This document shows, one piece after another, positions 25,830 to 39,646 of a stretch of DNA of 64,000 nt. The stretch comes from Chiloscyllium plagiosum (Eukaryota): NCBI RefSeq assembly GCF_004010195.1, contig NC_057718.1:83496503-83560502 (forward strand), in the 5' to 3' direction. The stretch's first letter is position 1; every line of letters starts with the position of its first letter. The translations under genes were made by a program, and so were the position numbers. Under the pieces are notes generated by a model, which searched no databases, was not told the DNA's origin, and saw nothing but the letters and a program-made list of their open reading frames with translations.

Positions 25830-28800
25830 ATTCAATATGGCACTGTGGGCCATCAACAGCAACATAACTCTACTCCAGCACAATCTCCAACCTCATGGCC
25901 TGGCATATCCCCCACTCAACCATCATCATCATCAACCCTGGCTCAATGGAGAATGCAGGAGGGCATGCCAGGAGCAGCATCAGGCATACCTAAAAATGAG
26001 GTGTCAACCTGGTGAAGCTACCAAATAGGACTGCCTGAGTGACAAACAGCATAAACTGCAAATGATAGACAGAGCTAAGCGATCCCAACAACCAACAGAT
26101 CAGATCCAAGCTCTACAATCCTTCCACATCCAATGTGAATGGTGATGGACAATTAAACAACTCACGTGAGGAGGAGGCTCCACAAACATCCCCATCCTCA
26201 ATGACAGAGGAGCCCAGTACATCAGTACAAAAGATAAGCTGATGCATTCGCAACAATCTTCAGTCAGAAGTGCCTGGCTCCTCCAGTGGTCCCCAGCATT
26301 ACAGGTATCAGTCTTCAGTCAATTTGATTCACTCCACATGATATCAAGAAACAGCTAGAGGCACTGAATACTGCAAAGGTAATTAGCCCCAATAACATTC
26401 CATCAATAGCACTGGACATGTGCTCCAGAACTTGCGGCTCCCCTAGCCAAGTTCTTCCAGTACAGTTACAACACTGGCATCTACCTGACAATTGGGGTCA
26501 AGAGTGTGATGCTGGCAAAGCACAGCAGGTCAGGCAACATCTGAGGAGGAGAATTGACATTTCGGGCAAAAGCCCTTCATCAGGAATGGGGGCTGAGAGA
26601 TAAATGGGAAGGGGGTGGGGGAGGTAACTGGGAATGCGATAGGTGGGGAGGTGATGGTGATAGTTCAGAGAGGAGAGTGAAGCGGATAGATAGGAAAGAT
26701 GATGGACAGGTCAAGAAGGCGATGCCGAGTTGGAGGCTTCAGACGGGGGTAAAGTGGGGGGAGGGGAAATGAGGAATCTGGAGAAATCCACATTGATGCC
26801 ATGTGGTTGCAGAGTCACAAGGCGGAATATGAGGTGTTCCTCCAGGCATCCGGTGGTAAGTGTTTGGCAGTGGAGGCGGCCAGAACCTGCATGTCCTTGG
26901 CAGAGTGGGAGGGGAGTTGAAGTGTTCAGCCCCCAGGTGATGGGGCTGGTTGGTGCGGGTGTTCCAGAAATGTTCTCTGGGACGATCCGTAAGTTTGTGC
27001 CCTGTCTCCCCGACATAGAGACCACATTGGATGCAATAGATACATAGGATGACATTGGAGGTGGTACAGGCAAATTTCTGTCAGATGTGGAAGGATCCTT
27101 TGGTGCCTTGGATGGAGTAGAGGGAGGTGGTGTGGGCACAGGTTTTGCGCTTCCAGCTGTGGCAGGGCAAGATACCAGGAATCAGGTGTGGGTGCCACCT
27201 ACAAACACACCCAATCACCAGAGATCAATTTCCCTCCCCACACTTATCAGCGTTCCGGAGAGACCATTCCCTCTGTGACTCCCTCGTCAGATCCACAACC
27301 CCCCCCACCAGACCACACCCAACTCCCGGCACCTGCCCCTGCCACCACAGCAAGTGCAAAACCTGTGCTTACATGTCTCTCCCTTCACCTCCGTCCAAGG
27401 CCCAAAAGGATCCTTCCACATCCGACAGAAATTTACCTGTACCTCCACTAATGTCATCTACTGAATCTGTTGCACCCAATGTGGTCTCCTCAACATCAGG
27501 GAGTCAGACGTCAACTTGCAGATCATTTCAGAGAACATCTCTGGGACACCCGCACCAACAAGCCCCACCACCCCATGGCTGAACACTTCAACTCCCCCTC
27601 CCACTCTGCCAAGGACATGCAGGTCCTTGGCTCCTCCACTGCCAAACTCTTACCACCCAATGCGTGGAGGACAAATGCTTCATATTCCGCCTTGGGACCA
27701 TGCACCTACAGGGGATCAATGTGGATTTCTCCAGTTTCCTCATTGTCCTTCCCCCCACATTATCCCAGTCCCAAACCTGCAATTCTGTACCGCCCTCTTG
27801 ACCTGTCTATCACCTTTCCCATCTATCCACTCCACCATCCTCTCCGACCTATCACCTTCTCCCTTACCTTCATCTACCTATCACATTCTCAGCTACCATC
27901 CCCCCAACCCCATCCTCTTCCCATTTATCTCTCAGCTCCCCCAGCCCACACGCCTCATTCCTGATGAAGAACTTATGCCCAAAACTTCAATTCTCCTGCT
28001 CCTCTGATGCTGCCTGACCTGCTATGCTTTTCCCGCACCACACTCTCGACTCTGATCACCAGCATCTGCAGTCCTCACTTTCTCCCAACATGGAAAATTG
28101 CCCAGATATGTCCGGTACACAAAAAGCAGGACAAATCCAACACAGCCAATTACCACTCTACTCTCCATCATCAGTAAATTAATGCAAGGGGGCATCAACA
28201 GTGCTATCAAGCAGCACCTACTCAGCAAGAACCTGTTCAGTGACGCCCAGTTTGAGTTTCGCCAGGGTCAGTCAGCTTCTGATCGCATTACAGGTTGATT
28301 CAAACATGGACAAAATAGCTGAATTCCTGAGGTGAGGTAAGAAAGACAGCCCTTGACATCAAGGCTGCATTTGACCGAGTATGGCATGAAGGAGCCCTGG
28401 CAAAACTGAAATCAAAGGGTATCAGGGGGGCAAACACTCCGCTGGTTAGAGTCATACCTGGCACAAAAGAAGATGGTTGTGATTGTGGAGGGTCAGTCAT
28501 CTCCGCTGCAGAACACCTCTGCATGAGTCCTTCAGGGTAGTGCCCTGGGCCAACAATCTTCAGCTGCTTCATCAATGACCTTCCCTCTGTCATAACGTCA
28601 GAAGTGGGGATGTTCATCCATGATTGTACGGTGTTTAGCACCATACGTGATTCCTCAGATACTGAAGCAATCCGTGCTCAAATGCAACAAGATCTGGACA
28701 ATATCCAGGCTTGGGCTGACAGGTGGCAAGTAACATTCGCACTACACAGACAATGACCATCACCAATAAGAGACATTCTACTCACCGCCCCTTGACATTC

Positions 28801-29505
28801 AACGGTATTACCATAATTAATCCCCCACTGTCAACACCCTTGCGGTTACCATTGACCAGAACCTCAACTGATCTCACCACACACACACACAGTGGCTACA
28901 AGAGCAGGTCAGAGACTAGGGATACTACAGCGAGTAACTGACCTCCTGACACCCCAAAGTCTATCCACCATCTACAAGATCCAAGTCAGGAATGTGATGG
29001 AATACTCCCCACTTGCTTGGATGGGGGCAGCTCCAACAACACTCAAGCAGCTTGACACCATCCAGGATAAAGCAACCCACTTGATTGACACATCTACAAA
29101 CATTCAATCCCTCCACCACCGACGCTCGGTAGCAGCAATGTGTACTATCTACAAGATGCACTGCAGAAATTCACCAAAGATTCTTAGACAGCACGTTCCA
29201 AACCCACAACTACTTCCATCGAGAAGGACAAGGGCAGCAGGTATTCGGGAACACCACCATCTGCAAGTTCCCTTCCAGGCCACTGACTACCCTGACTTGG
29301 AAATATACCGCCATTCCTTCACAGTCATTGGGTCAAAATCCTGGAATTCCCTCCCTACCGACATTGTGGGTCAACCCACAGCAAGTGGACTGCATCAATT
29401 CAAGGCAGCAGCTCATCACCACCTTTTCAAGGGCAAATAGGGAATGGGCTATCAAGGTTGGCCAGCCAGCGACACCCAAGTCCCACAAATGAATATTTTA
29501 AAAAA
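25830..29505 (+). mobile_element. APE-RT non-LTR retrotransposon (clade uncertain), 5'-truncated, interrupted by a PLE
   Basis: QPWLNGECRRACQEQHQAYLK; LDIKAAFDRVWH; FSCFINDL; QSLSTIYKIQVRNVMEYSPLAWMGAAPTTLKQLDTIQ; KSWNSLP; A-rich tail at ~29500. Confidence 0.85.
26492..28087. mobile_element. Penelope-like element (Neptune-like, GIY-YIG) as a 1.6-kb inverted repeat
   Basis: Plus arm PC..CKTC..FHIRQKFTCTSTNVIY*ICCTQCG..RRQLADHFREHL..HFNSPSHS; minus arm 26492-~27190 is its reverse complement; family A pLTR at both outer ends. Confidence 0.9.
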
Positions 29506-30092
29506 TTTTGTCTGAAAGCTCCTCAGTGAGGAGGGAACAATTTCGTTATTCAACTCTATGGTCACAGAGCATCAACCAGCAGGGAAAAATGTATTACTGC
29601 ACTAAAACTGAGCGAATACATGGTACGAAAGGTACACATTTCTGAGAGTGTCCTTTTATCTTGTGATAACGTACTGTGAGCAAACTGCATTCCATACTAC
29701 TATTTAAAAGACAACCGTGTCTAAACCTAATTGAATGGTTATGAGCTGCTTTGAAATTTCCTAAGAAAGGAATTAAAACTTCCCATTAAAGAACTGTAAT
29801 TGCATTAACGGTCTTGAAACATGCAAAAAACATTTAGCCTGTTTTTCTTTGCAAGAACCAACTTTAGAATTATTCAATGTAACAGCATTTTAAACTAACT
29901 GAAGAAATAAATAGTTTTAGGTACAGCCTTGCTGTAAATCTACAATAGTGAGTAGAGTGGGTTTTTTCTTGATTATATGTTTTTATTGGAATCTGTCTCT
30001 TGAATAAATTTTAAAAATATAAGCCATAAGTATTAAGTTAGCCTGGTGCAGAAAGGAGCAAAATGGCTTTAAGAAGAGTGATATGCTCTTCT

Positions 30093-30610
30093 TGTCGAAG
30101 CAAAACACTCAGAGACACAGTATAGTTTTACCTCCATTTTCATTCCGGGCCCTGGAGGGAGATAGAACAATCACCCATGCGCACACAGACATGAGTTCAC
30201 AGTCTTCTCTCTCAAACAACACTGTTTCTTAAGGAATTATATAGTCACTTACAGGGATGAGCATCCAGATAAGGCAATATCTATATTGATTGGGTGACCG
30301 TTACAATCAACGAGTGTTAATAGTAAAGATTAAGCCATCTGCTGTTACACAATGAATGTTCTTAACCTTACCTGGCTTTACATAATGAATACTTTTCACC
30401 TTGTTAAATTGACCTTACATACTGAATGCTTCCAATATTGTTAAATGGATCTACATAATGAATGCTTTTCCACCTTGTTAACCTATTACCCTTGCCTCCA
30501 GCACCTCATTGTTAATTTTAAGTTATCTGATCTGAGTCATGCTCGGCTGAACCTCGTTTCACAAAACACAGAACTTAACTCCTTCCCTACCTATTTATAT
30601 CCTATACACA
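30093..30610 (-). mobile_element. Solo LTR, 4-bp TSD, inside CR1 ORF1
   Basis: ttct|TG…CA|ttct; three ~35-bp tandem repeats (tacataatgaat..ttgttaa) in putative U3; TATA on minus at ~30240. Confidence 0.7.
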
Positions 30611-30794
30611 TTCTCATTAGGAGAAATAGGCGGGTAGTACAGGAGTATTCTGTGGCTATCCTCATTTCAAACAAGCATGCCATTTTGGAACATGTAGGGG
30701 GTGACGCACACTCAGGGGAATAAAGTACAAACACCTAAGATTCAGGTATCAAGACTGGCTTTAATGTAACAAGGAATACACTGGGTTCCAAGTT

Positions 30795-31300
30795 ATCGAT
30801 TGTGTTAGGAGACTCTCAAGTCAGGGGCAGATAGATGTTTCTGCAGTCAGCAGCAAAAAATCAGAATGGTGTGTTGCCTCCTTGGTGCTAAGATCAAGGA
30901 TGTGTCAGAAAGGATCCAGAATGTTCTCAAAAGGGAGAGGGACCAGCAGGAAGTCATTGTACACTTTGCTACCAACGACATAAGAAGGGAAAATAAGGAG
31001 ATTCTAAAGAGAGAATATAGGAAGTTACGCAGGAATTTTAAAAGGAGGCCCTCAAGGGTAGCAATATCTGGATTACTCTCGGTGCTACAAGCTAGTGAGG
31101 GTAGGAATACGAGGATAGAGCAGATGAATGAATGGCTGAAGAGCTGGTGTATGGGAGAAGGATTCATATTTTTGGATCACTGGAATTTCTTCTGGGGTAG
31201 AAGTGACCTGTACAAGAAGGATGGATTGCACCTGAATTGGAAGGGGACTAATATACTGGCAGGGAGATTTGCAAGAGCTGCTCAGGAGGATTTAAACTAA
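30795..31300 (+). pseudogene. CR1 ORF1 SGNH/GDSL esterase domain (disrupted)
   Basis: IVLGDSQV, CLLGAKI, VIVHFATND, DGLHLNWKG blocks. Confidence 0.85.
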
Positions 31301-34300
31301 TAAGGGGGTGGGGGATGGAACCCAGGGAGGTACTGAGGAAAGAGATCAAGCTGAAACTGGTACAGTTGAGGAAAGAAGCAAGTCAAACAATCAGGGCAGG
31401 CAGGAACAAAGCAGAGAACAAGGCAGGACTGATAAATTAAACTGCATTTATTTCAATGCAAGAGGCCTAACACGGAAGGCAGATGAACTCAGGGCATGGT
31501 TAGGGAAGTGGGCCTGGGATATCATAGCAATTACAGAAACATGGCTCAGGGAAGGACAGGATTGGCAATTTAATGTTCCAGGAAAGAAGTGCTACGGGAA
31601 GGACAGAAAGGGAGGCAAGGGAGAAGGGGAGTGGCATTTTTGATAAGGGATAGCATTACAGCTGTACTCAGGGAGGATATTACCAGAAATGCATCAAGGG
31701 AAGTTATTTGGATGGAACTGAGAAATAAGAACAGGATGATCACCTTATTGGGATTGTATTATGACTAGAGGGAGTCTAGAGGGGATTGAGAAACAAATTT
31801 GTAAGGAGATCTCAGTTATCTGTCTGAATAATAGGGTGGTTATGGTAGGGGATTTTAACTTTCCAAACATAGACAGGGTCTGCCATACTGATAAGGGTTT
31901 AGATGGAGAGGAATTTGTTAAGTGTGTACAAGACCATTTTCTGATTCAGTACGTGGATGTAACTGCTAGAGAAGGTGCAAAACTTGACCTACTCTCGGGA
32001 AATGAGGCAGGCCAGGTGACTGACGTGTCAGTGGGGGAGCAATTTGGGGCCAGCGACCATAATTCTATTAGTTTAAAATAGGGATGGAAAAGGATAGACC
32101 AGATCTAAAAGTTGAAGTTCTAAATTGGAGGATACTAAAACAGTATTTTGCATCAGTGTTTACTGTAGAGGAGGACATGGAAGACACAGAATGAGGGGAA
32201 ACTGATGGTGACATGTTGAAAAATGTCTATATTGCAGAGGAGGAAGTGCTGTGTGTTTTGAAACACAAAGGTGGATAAACCCCCAGGACCTGATCAGATG
32301 TACCCTAGAACTCTGTGGGAACCTAGAGATTGATTGCTGGGCCCCTTGCTGAGATATCTGTATCATCAATAGTCACAGGTGAGATGCCAGAAGACTGGAA
32401 GTTGGCTAACATTATTTAAGAAAGGTGGTAAGGACAAGCCAGGGAACTATAGAACAGTGAGCCTGACGTTGGTAATGGGCAAGTTGTTGGAGGGAATCCT
32501 GAGGAACAGGATTTACACATATTTGGAAGGCAACAACTGATTTGGGATAGTCAACATAGCTTTGTGCATGGGAAATCATGTCTCATGAACTTGATTGAGT
32601 TTGTTTTGAAAAAGTAACAAAGAGAATTGATGGGGGCAGAGCAGTGGACGTAATCCAAATGGACTTCAGTAAGGCGTTCAACAAGGTTCCCTATGGGAGA
32701 CTGGTTAGCAAGGTTAGAGTCCATGGAATACAGGGAGAACTAGTCATTTGGTTACAGAACTGTCTCAAAGGTAGAAGACAGAAGGTAGTGGTGGAGGGTT
32801 ATTTTTCCCAGACTGGACCAGTGGAGTGCCACAAGGATCGGTGCTGGGTCCTCTTCATCATATCAGAAATGATTTGGATATGAACACAGGAGGTAGAATT
32901 AGTACATTTGCAGATGACACCAAAGTTGGAGGTGTTGTGGACAAGGAAGGACGTTACCCCAGATTACAAGAGGATCTTGATCAGATAGGCCAATGGGCTG
33001 AGAAGTGGCAGATGGTGTTTAATTCAGATAAATGCTGGGTGCTGCATTTTAGGAAAGCAAATCTTAGCAGGACTTATACACTTAATGGTAACGTCCTAGA
33101 GAGTGTTGCTGATTCTCCAAAGAGACCTTGGAGTGCAGGTTCAGAGCTTCTTGAAAGTAGAGTTGCAGGTAAGTAGGATAGTGAAGGCGACGTTTGGTAT
33201 GCTTTCCTTTATTGGTCAGAGTATTGAGTACAGGAGTTGGGAGATCATGTGGCTGTACAGGACGTTGGTTTGGCCACTTTTGGAATATTGCATGCAATTC
33301 TAATCTCCTTCCAATTGGAAGGATGTTGTGAAACTTGAAAAGGTTCAGAAAAGATTTACAAGGATGTTGTCAGGATTGGAGGATTTGAGCTATTGGGAGA
33401 GGCTAAATAGGCTGGGGCTGTTTTCCCCAGAGTGTCAAAGGCTGAGGAGTAACCTCACAGAGGTTTATAAAATCATGAGGGGCATGGATAGCATCAGTCG
33501 ATAAAGTCTTTTCCATCGGGGTGGGAGAGTTCAGAACTAGAGGGCATAGGTTTAGAGTAAGAGGGAAAAGATATAAAAGGGACCTAAGGGGCAATATTTT
33601 CATGCAGAGGGTGGTGTGTGCACGCAATGAGCTGCCAGAGGAGGTGGTGGAGGCTAATACATTTACAACACTTAAAAGGCATCTGGATGGGTATATGAAT
33701 AGGAAGGGTTTAGAGGGATATGGGCCAGGTGCTGGCAAATGGGACGAGATTAGGTTGGGCTATCTGGTGGACATGGACAAGTTGGACCAAAGAGTCTGTT
33801 TCCGTGCTGTGCATCTCTATGACTCTAAACACTGGCGTAATGAAGTAGTGAATCTGCTTCACAAAAGCATTATAACTGCAATTGGTCTAAAACTGAATCA
33901 AACATCCTTCAAAAATTACTGGGGAGATATCACAGGTATCATAGCCATTCTGTAGTTACATGGTTGTATCATATAATGTGGCTAAATCTTCTTTCCATAA
34001 AACATTCAACCGTCAAAGTGATCAGAATTATTTTTCCTCTATTTTATTTAATCAATATTTATTCCCTAGGTGTTTCGTGTCACAAGCTGAAAAGTTGATA
34101 GGTTTCATTTTCAAAATGCTGCAGGTCTTTTGTTAATGGTAAGCCCCCTTGCATTTGATATTCAAATTTTTTGATCCAGCAAGGATTCTAGAATGGCAGC
34201 ATTTAATTGATCTCGGAAATAGTACATGATTTCAGAAGGGCTTGTTGTTCCCAAATTAATACAGCAAGATCCATGGCTCTTGATGGCAAATGAAATACAA

Positions 34301-34338
34301 ACTTGCCTCAAGAACTAGTGAATTGTACGTGCAGCTTT

Positions 34339-34592
34339 TAGAGTCATAGACATGTACAGCATGGAAACAGACTCTTCAATCCAACTCATCCATGCCCACC
34401 GGATACCCCAACCCAATCTAGTCCCACCTGCCAGCACCTGGCCCATATCCCTCCAAACCTTTTGTATTCATATACCCATCCAAATGTTGCAATTGTACTA
34501 GCCTCTGCCACTTCCTCTGGCAGCCCATTCTATACACGCACCACCCTCTGTGTGAAAAAGTTGCCCTTAGGTCTCTTTTATACCTTACCTTT
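34339..34592 (-). mobile_element. CR1 3' end
   Basis: tagagtcatagacatgtacagcatggaaacag…, like 13972-14250. Confidence 0.85.
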
Positions 34593-35158
34593 CCCCTCTC
34601 ACCCTAAACCTATTGGGCTGAAAAGTGGCAAATGGAAGTTCAATGCAGACAAATGTGAGGTGATTAATCCTGGGAAGAATAATAGGAAGGCAGAAATACT
34701 GGGTCAATGGAAACATTCTTGGTAGTGTGGATGTGCAGAGGAATCTTGGTGTCCATGTACATAGATCCCTGAAAGTTGCCATCCAGGTTGATAATGCTGT
34801 TAAGAAGGCATATGGTGTGTTAGGTTTTACTCGTAGAGGGATTGAGTTCCAGAGCCGCGAGGTCATGCTGCGACTGTACAAAACACTAGCGCAGCCTCAC
34901 TTGGAATATTGTATACAGCTCTGCTCGCCCCATTACAGGGAAGATGTGGATTCACCAGGATGCTGCCTGGTCTGGAGCGAAGGTCTTATGAGGAAAGGCT
35001 GAGGGACTTGGGTCTGTTCTCATTGGAGAGAAGGAGGCTAAGAGAGGATTTAACATAGACATACAAGATGATCAGAGGATTAGAAAGGGTGGACAGAGAC
35101 AGTCTTTTTCCTCGGATGATGATGTCGGTTTTTATGGGGGACATAGCTGCAAATCGGG
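34593..35158 (+). mobile_element. CR1 ORF2 C-terminal fragment
   Basis: [33 protein letters not shown]. Confidence 0.85.
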
Positions 35159-35879
35159 GGGCCTAACTGCAGGTCTCAGTAAATTCATTCATTGTTCTTA
35201 TTGAAAATATCATGGCAATGGAAAATTAAGCAGCTCACAAAGTATTTACACAAGAAAGAACACAAAAAAACCCAACAAAATCAGCACTTGCACAGAAAGA
35301 ATATCACTTATGGTTTAGATGTTCACCATGGGACACTAAGTATATACACGGGCAGACTCAGTCACTGCCCATGTGAACAGTTTGTCATACTATGGAATTG
35401 AAATGGGAAAACACCAACCACTACTCACTTGTCACATTCCAGCACTGAAGAAACCCAGAGAAAAGTCTGGAGACATTCATATATGTGAACACATGTAGCA
35501 CATTTAGGAAAAGTGGTGGTGACGGTGCAACCACAAAGAAGGTGTGCTGTAAAGTGCAAGTGAAACGTTAGATCCTTAATATTTATAAGCACTCAACATG
35601 AACACAGGCAATTCTGATCATTTAATATAAAACTCAGCGCAATGTTTGGGGGCAAGGACACAGAAATCCTGTGAAATTCTGTTGTGGGAATGCACACAAA
35701 AGGCTCATTTGTATAAGCTTAGGGGCCTAGTTAGTCCAATTCCTGTGCAGCACGGAGTAGTGTTTGACCTAAATCCCCAGTATGTCAGTTGACAAAGCTA
35801 TCCAGACTCATGTACGTAAAAACTTGGAAAACACTTGTCACTAACTGGGATCCATCATCCATGCCCAACAAGACACAGA

Positions 35880-36310
35880 GTAACCACTTGCCTTTGACAT
35901 ACAACATTAGAATGAATATGGTTCTCTCTTCTCTCCTCGAAGATAATGGCAAGTTATCTTGCTTGACTGGCAGCCCATCCACTGGTTTAAATATTCAATC
36001 CTCCACCAATGTGCATCATCTGCAAGATCCACTGCTACAATGCTCTAGGGTTTGACAGCATATTCCAAATATATGAATGCTACAATCAGTGCAAAGGCAA
36101 CAGGCACATGAGAGCTCCTCAAAGTGATCCAAATCCTTCACTGTTACTAGACTGAAAATCAAAAAAACTCCCCATTCAAAAGCATCCTGAAAAGTTCCTA
36201 CAGCACTGGAATTGCAGCAATTTAAGAAACAGCCCACCATTACATTCTCAAGGGCAACCAGGGATGGGCAATAAATGAAGCTTTTGACAGCAACACCTAT
36301 ATTCTGTGAT
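35880..36310 (+). mobile_element. Old 3' end of the 25830-type LINE
   Basis: …caagggcaaccagggatgggcaataaatg tail similar to 29428-29460. Confidence 0.55.
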
Positions 36311-36908
36311 TACAAAAGTAATTCCTGCTGGCTCCTCCACAAGTGTGTGGATTAGAGCCGTAAAGGTTTTGTTTTTTGCTCTTATCCTTTCAATCAAGAG
36401 GCTATTAGTTAAAACTGACAGTCTCAAGGCACTAATTTAGAGCCAAAAAGCCCAGTTCAAGTCACACCAACTTCAGAGCAATATCATTTACAAACAGGCT
36501 AACAGTCAAAAAATATATCTAAGGACCCATTTGGAACAGTGGTAATGTCCCTAACTCTGGATCAAGAGGCCAGGTTTCAAATTCCACTGCCTCAGAGGTA
36601 TACAATAACATCTCTGATCAGGTTGATGAGAAAATAAAACTAACAGTCCCCTGTTTAATGACGTATGTGCACAGTCTGTTCTCCTCAAAAAAAAAGCCTA
36701 AACCAAAGAAAGACACATGTTAAACGTATTGATGGGGGGATCCAAGATGACGGCGACCCGGCAAGTCTGAGTCTACAGTGCTCCTCCCAAGATTTGAGCA
36801 AAGTGGGTCACCCAACCCCACCACACTCATCAAATCATTTAAAATAGTTTTTACTTAATGTACTTAGTTGTTTAGTATTGAATTTAAACAATTTAATCTC
36901 CAGTAAAA

Positions 36909-37752
36909 ATGACTAAAGGGAAGGGAGCCCGCAGCTCTTAGCAAGCGGGAACCCCTCGCCAACCCTCTCCAGCTGCAGCCGCCCCGGGGGACTTACCTAC
37001 GATGGCGAGCCTCGTGGAAATAATCTTCAAACTCGTTGCGAAGATCAACGTTTTTCATTGAAGAATCCCGAAGCCGATGGGACTCACTCTCGGCCGCGCT
37101 GCAAAAGCACAACTGAGACATCAAGGAAATCGAGCGCCAAGTCAGAGGGGCTGAGCTAAAGGCCGCGACCTCCGAAACTACAGCACAATCGGCCGTGGAT
37201 TGGGTCGGGACTCTCGAGCAGCGAGTCCGGACCTTAGAGAATCACATTGACGACCTCGAGAATCGAGGTTGTCGAGAAAATATTTGTTTGCTGGGCCTTC
37301 CCGAACGGGAAGAGGAAGGCCAGCTTACGGTGTTCCTTGAACAGTGGCTTCCACAGCTTTTAAATCTGGAGGTTGGATCAGCCCAGGTAAGGGTGGAATG
37401 GGCCTACCGGGTTGCAATACGCGAGCCCGGCTCAAACCAGCGTCACCGCCCGGTCCGGTTCCGGCTGCAGAGCTACAAGGAGAGGCAGATACTCTTAGAA
37501 GCCTCCAGAAATCTTTGAAAAGATCCCCAAGCCATGATCTATAAAGGATCCAAGATCATGTTATTCCAGGACTTTTCCCCAGCTCTGGTCCGAAAGAGGA
37601 AGACGTTTGATGAGGCGAAGAAGTGTTTAAGGGACTTAAAAATTCAGTACTCCTTGTGCTACCCAGCAACGCTACGCTTTAACCATGAAGGCTCCGTGTA
37701 TAACTTCGGATCGCCAGAAAAGGCCAAGGAATTTTTGGACTCTCTTAGATAA
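36909..37752 (+). pseudogene. L1 ORF1p (coiled coil-RRM-CTD), with stops and a frameshift
   Basis: MTKGKG…LENHIDDLENRGCRENICLLGLPE…RPV…IMLFQDFS…YPATLRF…F.SPE.A..FL. Confidence 0.9.
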
Positions 37753-38239
37753 ATTGTAAGAGATAATTGATGTTGGTTTGCTTTCCCCCCACTCCGGTTT
37801 ACATCTCCCCTCCCTTTTTTTTAACCTGTTTAATATTATCTTGGGGGGTTGGGAGAGGGATTTATTTATTTGTTCTCTACTGAACGATTTTCTCCCCCCT
37901 CCATTTTTGTTTTATTCTATATAAGGCCGGGGGGGTCTAGTTAATGTTGGTAGGGGGAGGTGGTTACCTTATCTTATTTTACCTCTGTCTCTTGGAGCGG
38001 GGTTGTTTTCCCTTGTTATTTTGTATTATTATATTTAATTATTACTTGTTGAGGTTGTAATTTTATAGTTAGATATGTTTATACATGGTATTAACATTAC
38101 CAAGTAAAACCAGGTATTTCGGGAGGGGGGGGGTTAGGGTGCTCACTGTTAACTCCAGCTCTGTAGTGTATTTGAAATTTTCTTCATCCTGTTGAGGAGC
38201 GCCTGGGTCAAGGGTGGGACACTGGTTGGGAGAGGATGT

Positions 38240-39431
38240 AACTCTGAAGATGGATGAGGGAGATCCAGTGGATGTAGTGTACCTGGACTTTCAGAAAGCT
38301 TTTGATAAACTCCCATATAGGTTAGTGAGCAAAATTAGGGCGCATGGTACTGGGGGCAAAGTACTAACTTGGATTGAAAGTTGGTTGGCTGACAGGAAAC
38401 AAAGTAGTGATAAAGGGCTCCATTTCGGAATGGCAAGTGGGGTACTGCAGGGATCGGTGCTGGGACCACAGCTTTTTACAATATATATTAATGATATAGA
38501 AGATGATATTAGTAATAACACTAGCAAATTTGCTGATGATACTAAGCTAGGTGGCAGGGTGAAATGTAAGGAGGATGTTAGGAGATTACAGGGTGACCTG
38601 GACAGTTTAGGTGAGTGGACAGATGCATGGCAGATGCAGTTTAATGTGGATAAATGTATGGTTATCCACTTTGGTGGCAAGAACAGGAAGGCAGATTACT
38701 ACCTCAATGGAATCAATTTAGGTAAAGGGGCAGTACAGAGAGATCTGGGTATTCTTGTATACCAGTCAATGAAGGTAAGCATGCAGGTACAGCAGGTAGT
38801 AAAGAAGGCTAATAGCATGCTGGCCTTCATAACAAGAGGGATTGAGTATAGAAGCAAAGAGGTTTTTCTGCAGCTGTACAGGACCCTGGTGAGACCACAC
38901 CTGGAGTATTGTGTGTAGTTCTGGTCTCCAAATTTGAGAAAAAACATTCTGGATATTGAGGGAGTGCAGCGTAGGTTCACAAGGTCAATTCCTGGAATTG
39001 CGGGACTACCTTACGCTGAAAGACTGGAGCGACTGGGCTTGTATACCCTGGAGTTTAGAAGACTGAGAGGGGATCTGATTGAGACATAAGATTATTAAAG
39101 GATTGGACACTCTGGAGGCAGGAAACATGTTTCCACTGATGGGTGAGTGCCGAACCAGAGGAGACAGCTTAAAAATACGGGGAAGACCATTTAGGACAGA
39201 GATGAGGAGTGGTGGCGGTGTGGAATGCTCTTCCCCAGAGGGCAGTGGAGGTCCAATCTCTGGATTCATTTAAGAAAGAGTTGGATAGAGCTCTCAAGGA
39301 TAGTGGAATCAAGGGTTATGGAGATAAGGCAGGAACAGTATACTGATTAAGGATGATCAGCCATGATCATATTGAATGGTGGTGCAGGCTCGAAAGGCAG
39401 AATGGCCTACTCCTGCACCTATTGTCTATTG
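38240..39431 (+). mobile_element. 5'-truncated CR1 nested in L1 inter-ORF spacer
   Basis: VDVVYLDFQKAFDK, QGSVLGPQLFTIYIND, FADDTKL; tail cctactcctgcacctattgtctattg. Confidence 0.92.
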
Positions 39432-39646
39432 ATACGATGGACTTTTGGAAAGGAAGTGATACCCCCGGGAACAAGGGGGAAAATCTCCATTTAAATAAGT
39501 TTTTTTTTATTTAGAAATAGTTTTTTATTATAATGTTGTGAGTGTATTAGAGAGCCTTTATTTTTGTGAATTTTATATGCTCTATGCTCGGGATGTTCTG
39601 GATAGGGTTTCCCCTCCCGAGGGGTCTCGGATTCACCCAGACGATC

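Larger units (their letters stand above)
29922..33827 (+). mobile_element. Near full-length CR1 (HER1-like) LINE, inactivated
   Basis: ORF1 SGNH esterase, ORF2 [47 protein letters not shown]; tail gcatctctatgactcta. Confidence 0.93.

Noticed and set aside
30378..30481. Short direct repeats as a CRISPR-like array
   Set aside because: Three degenerate tandem units without unique spacers, in a vertebrate LTR
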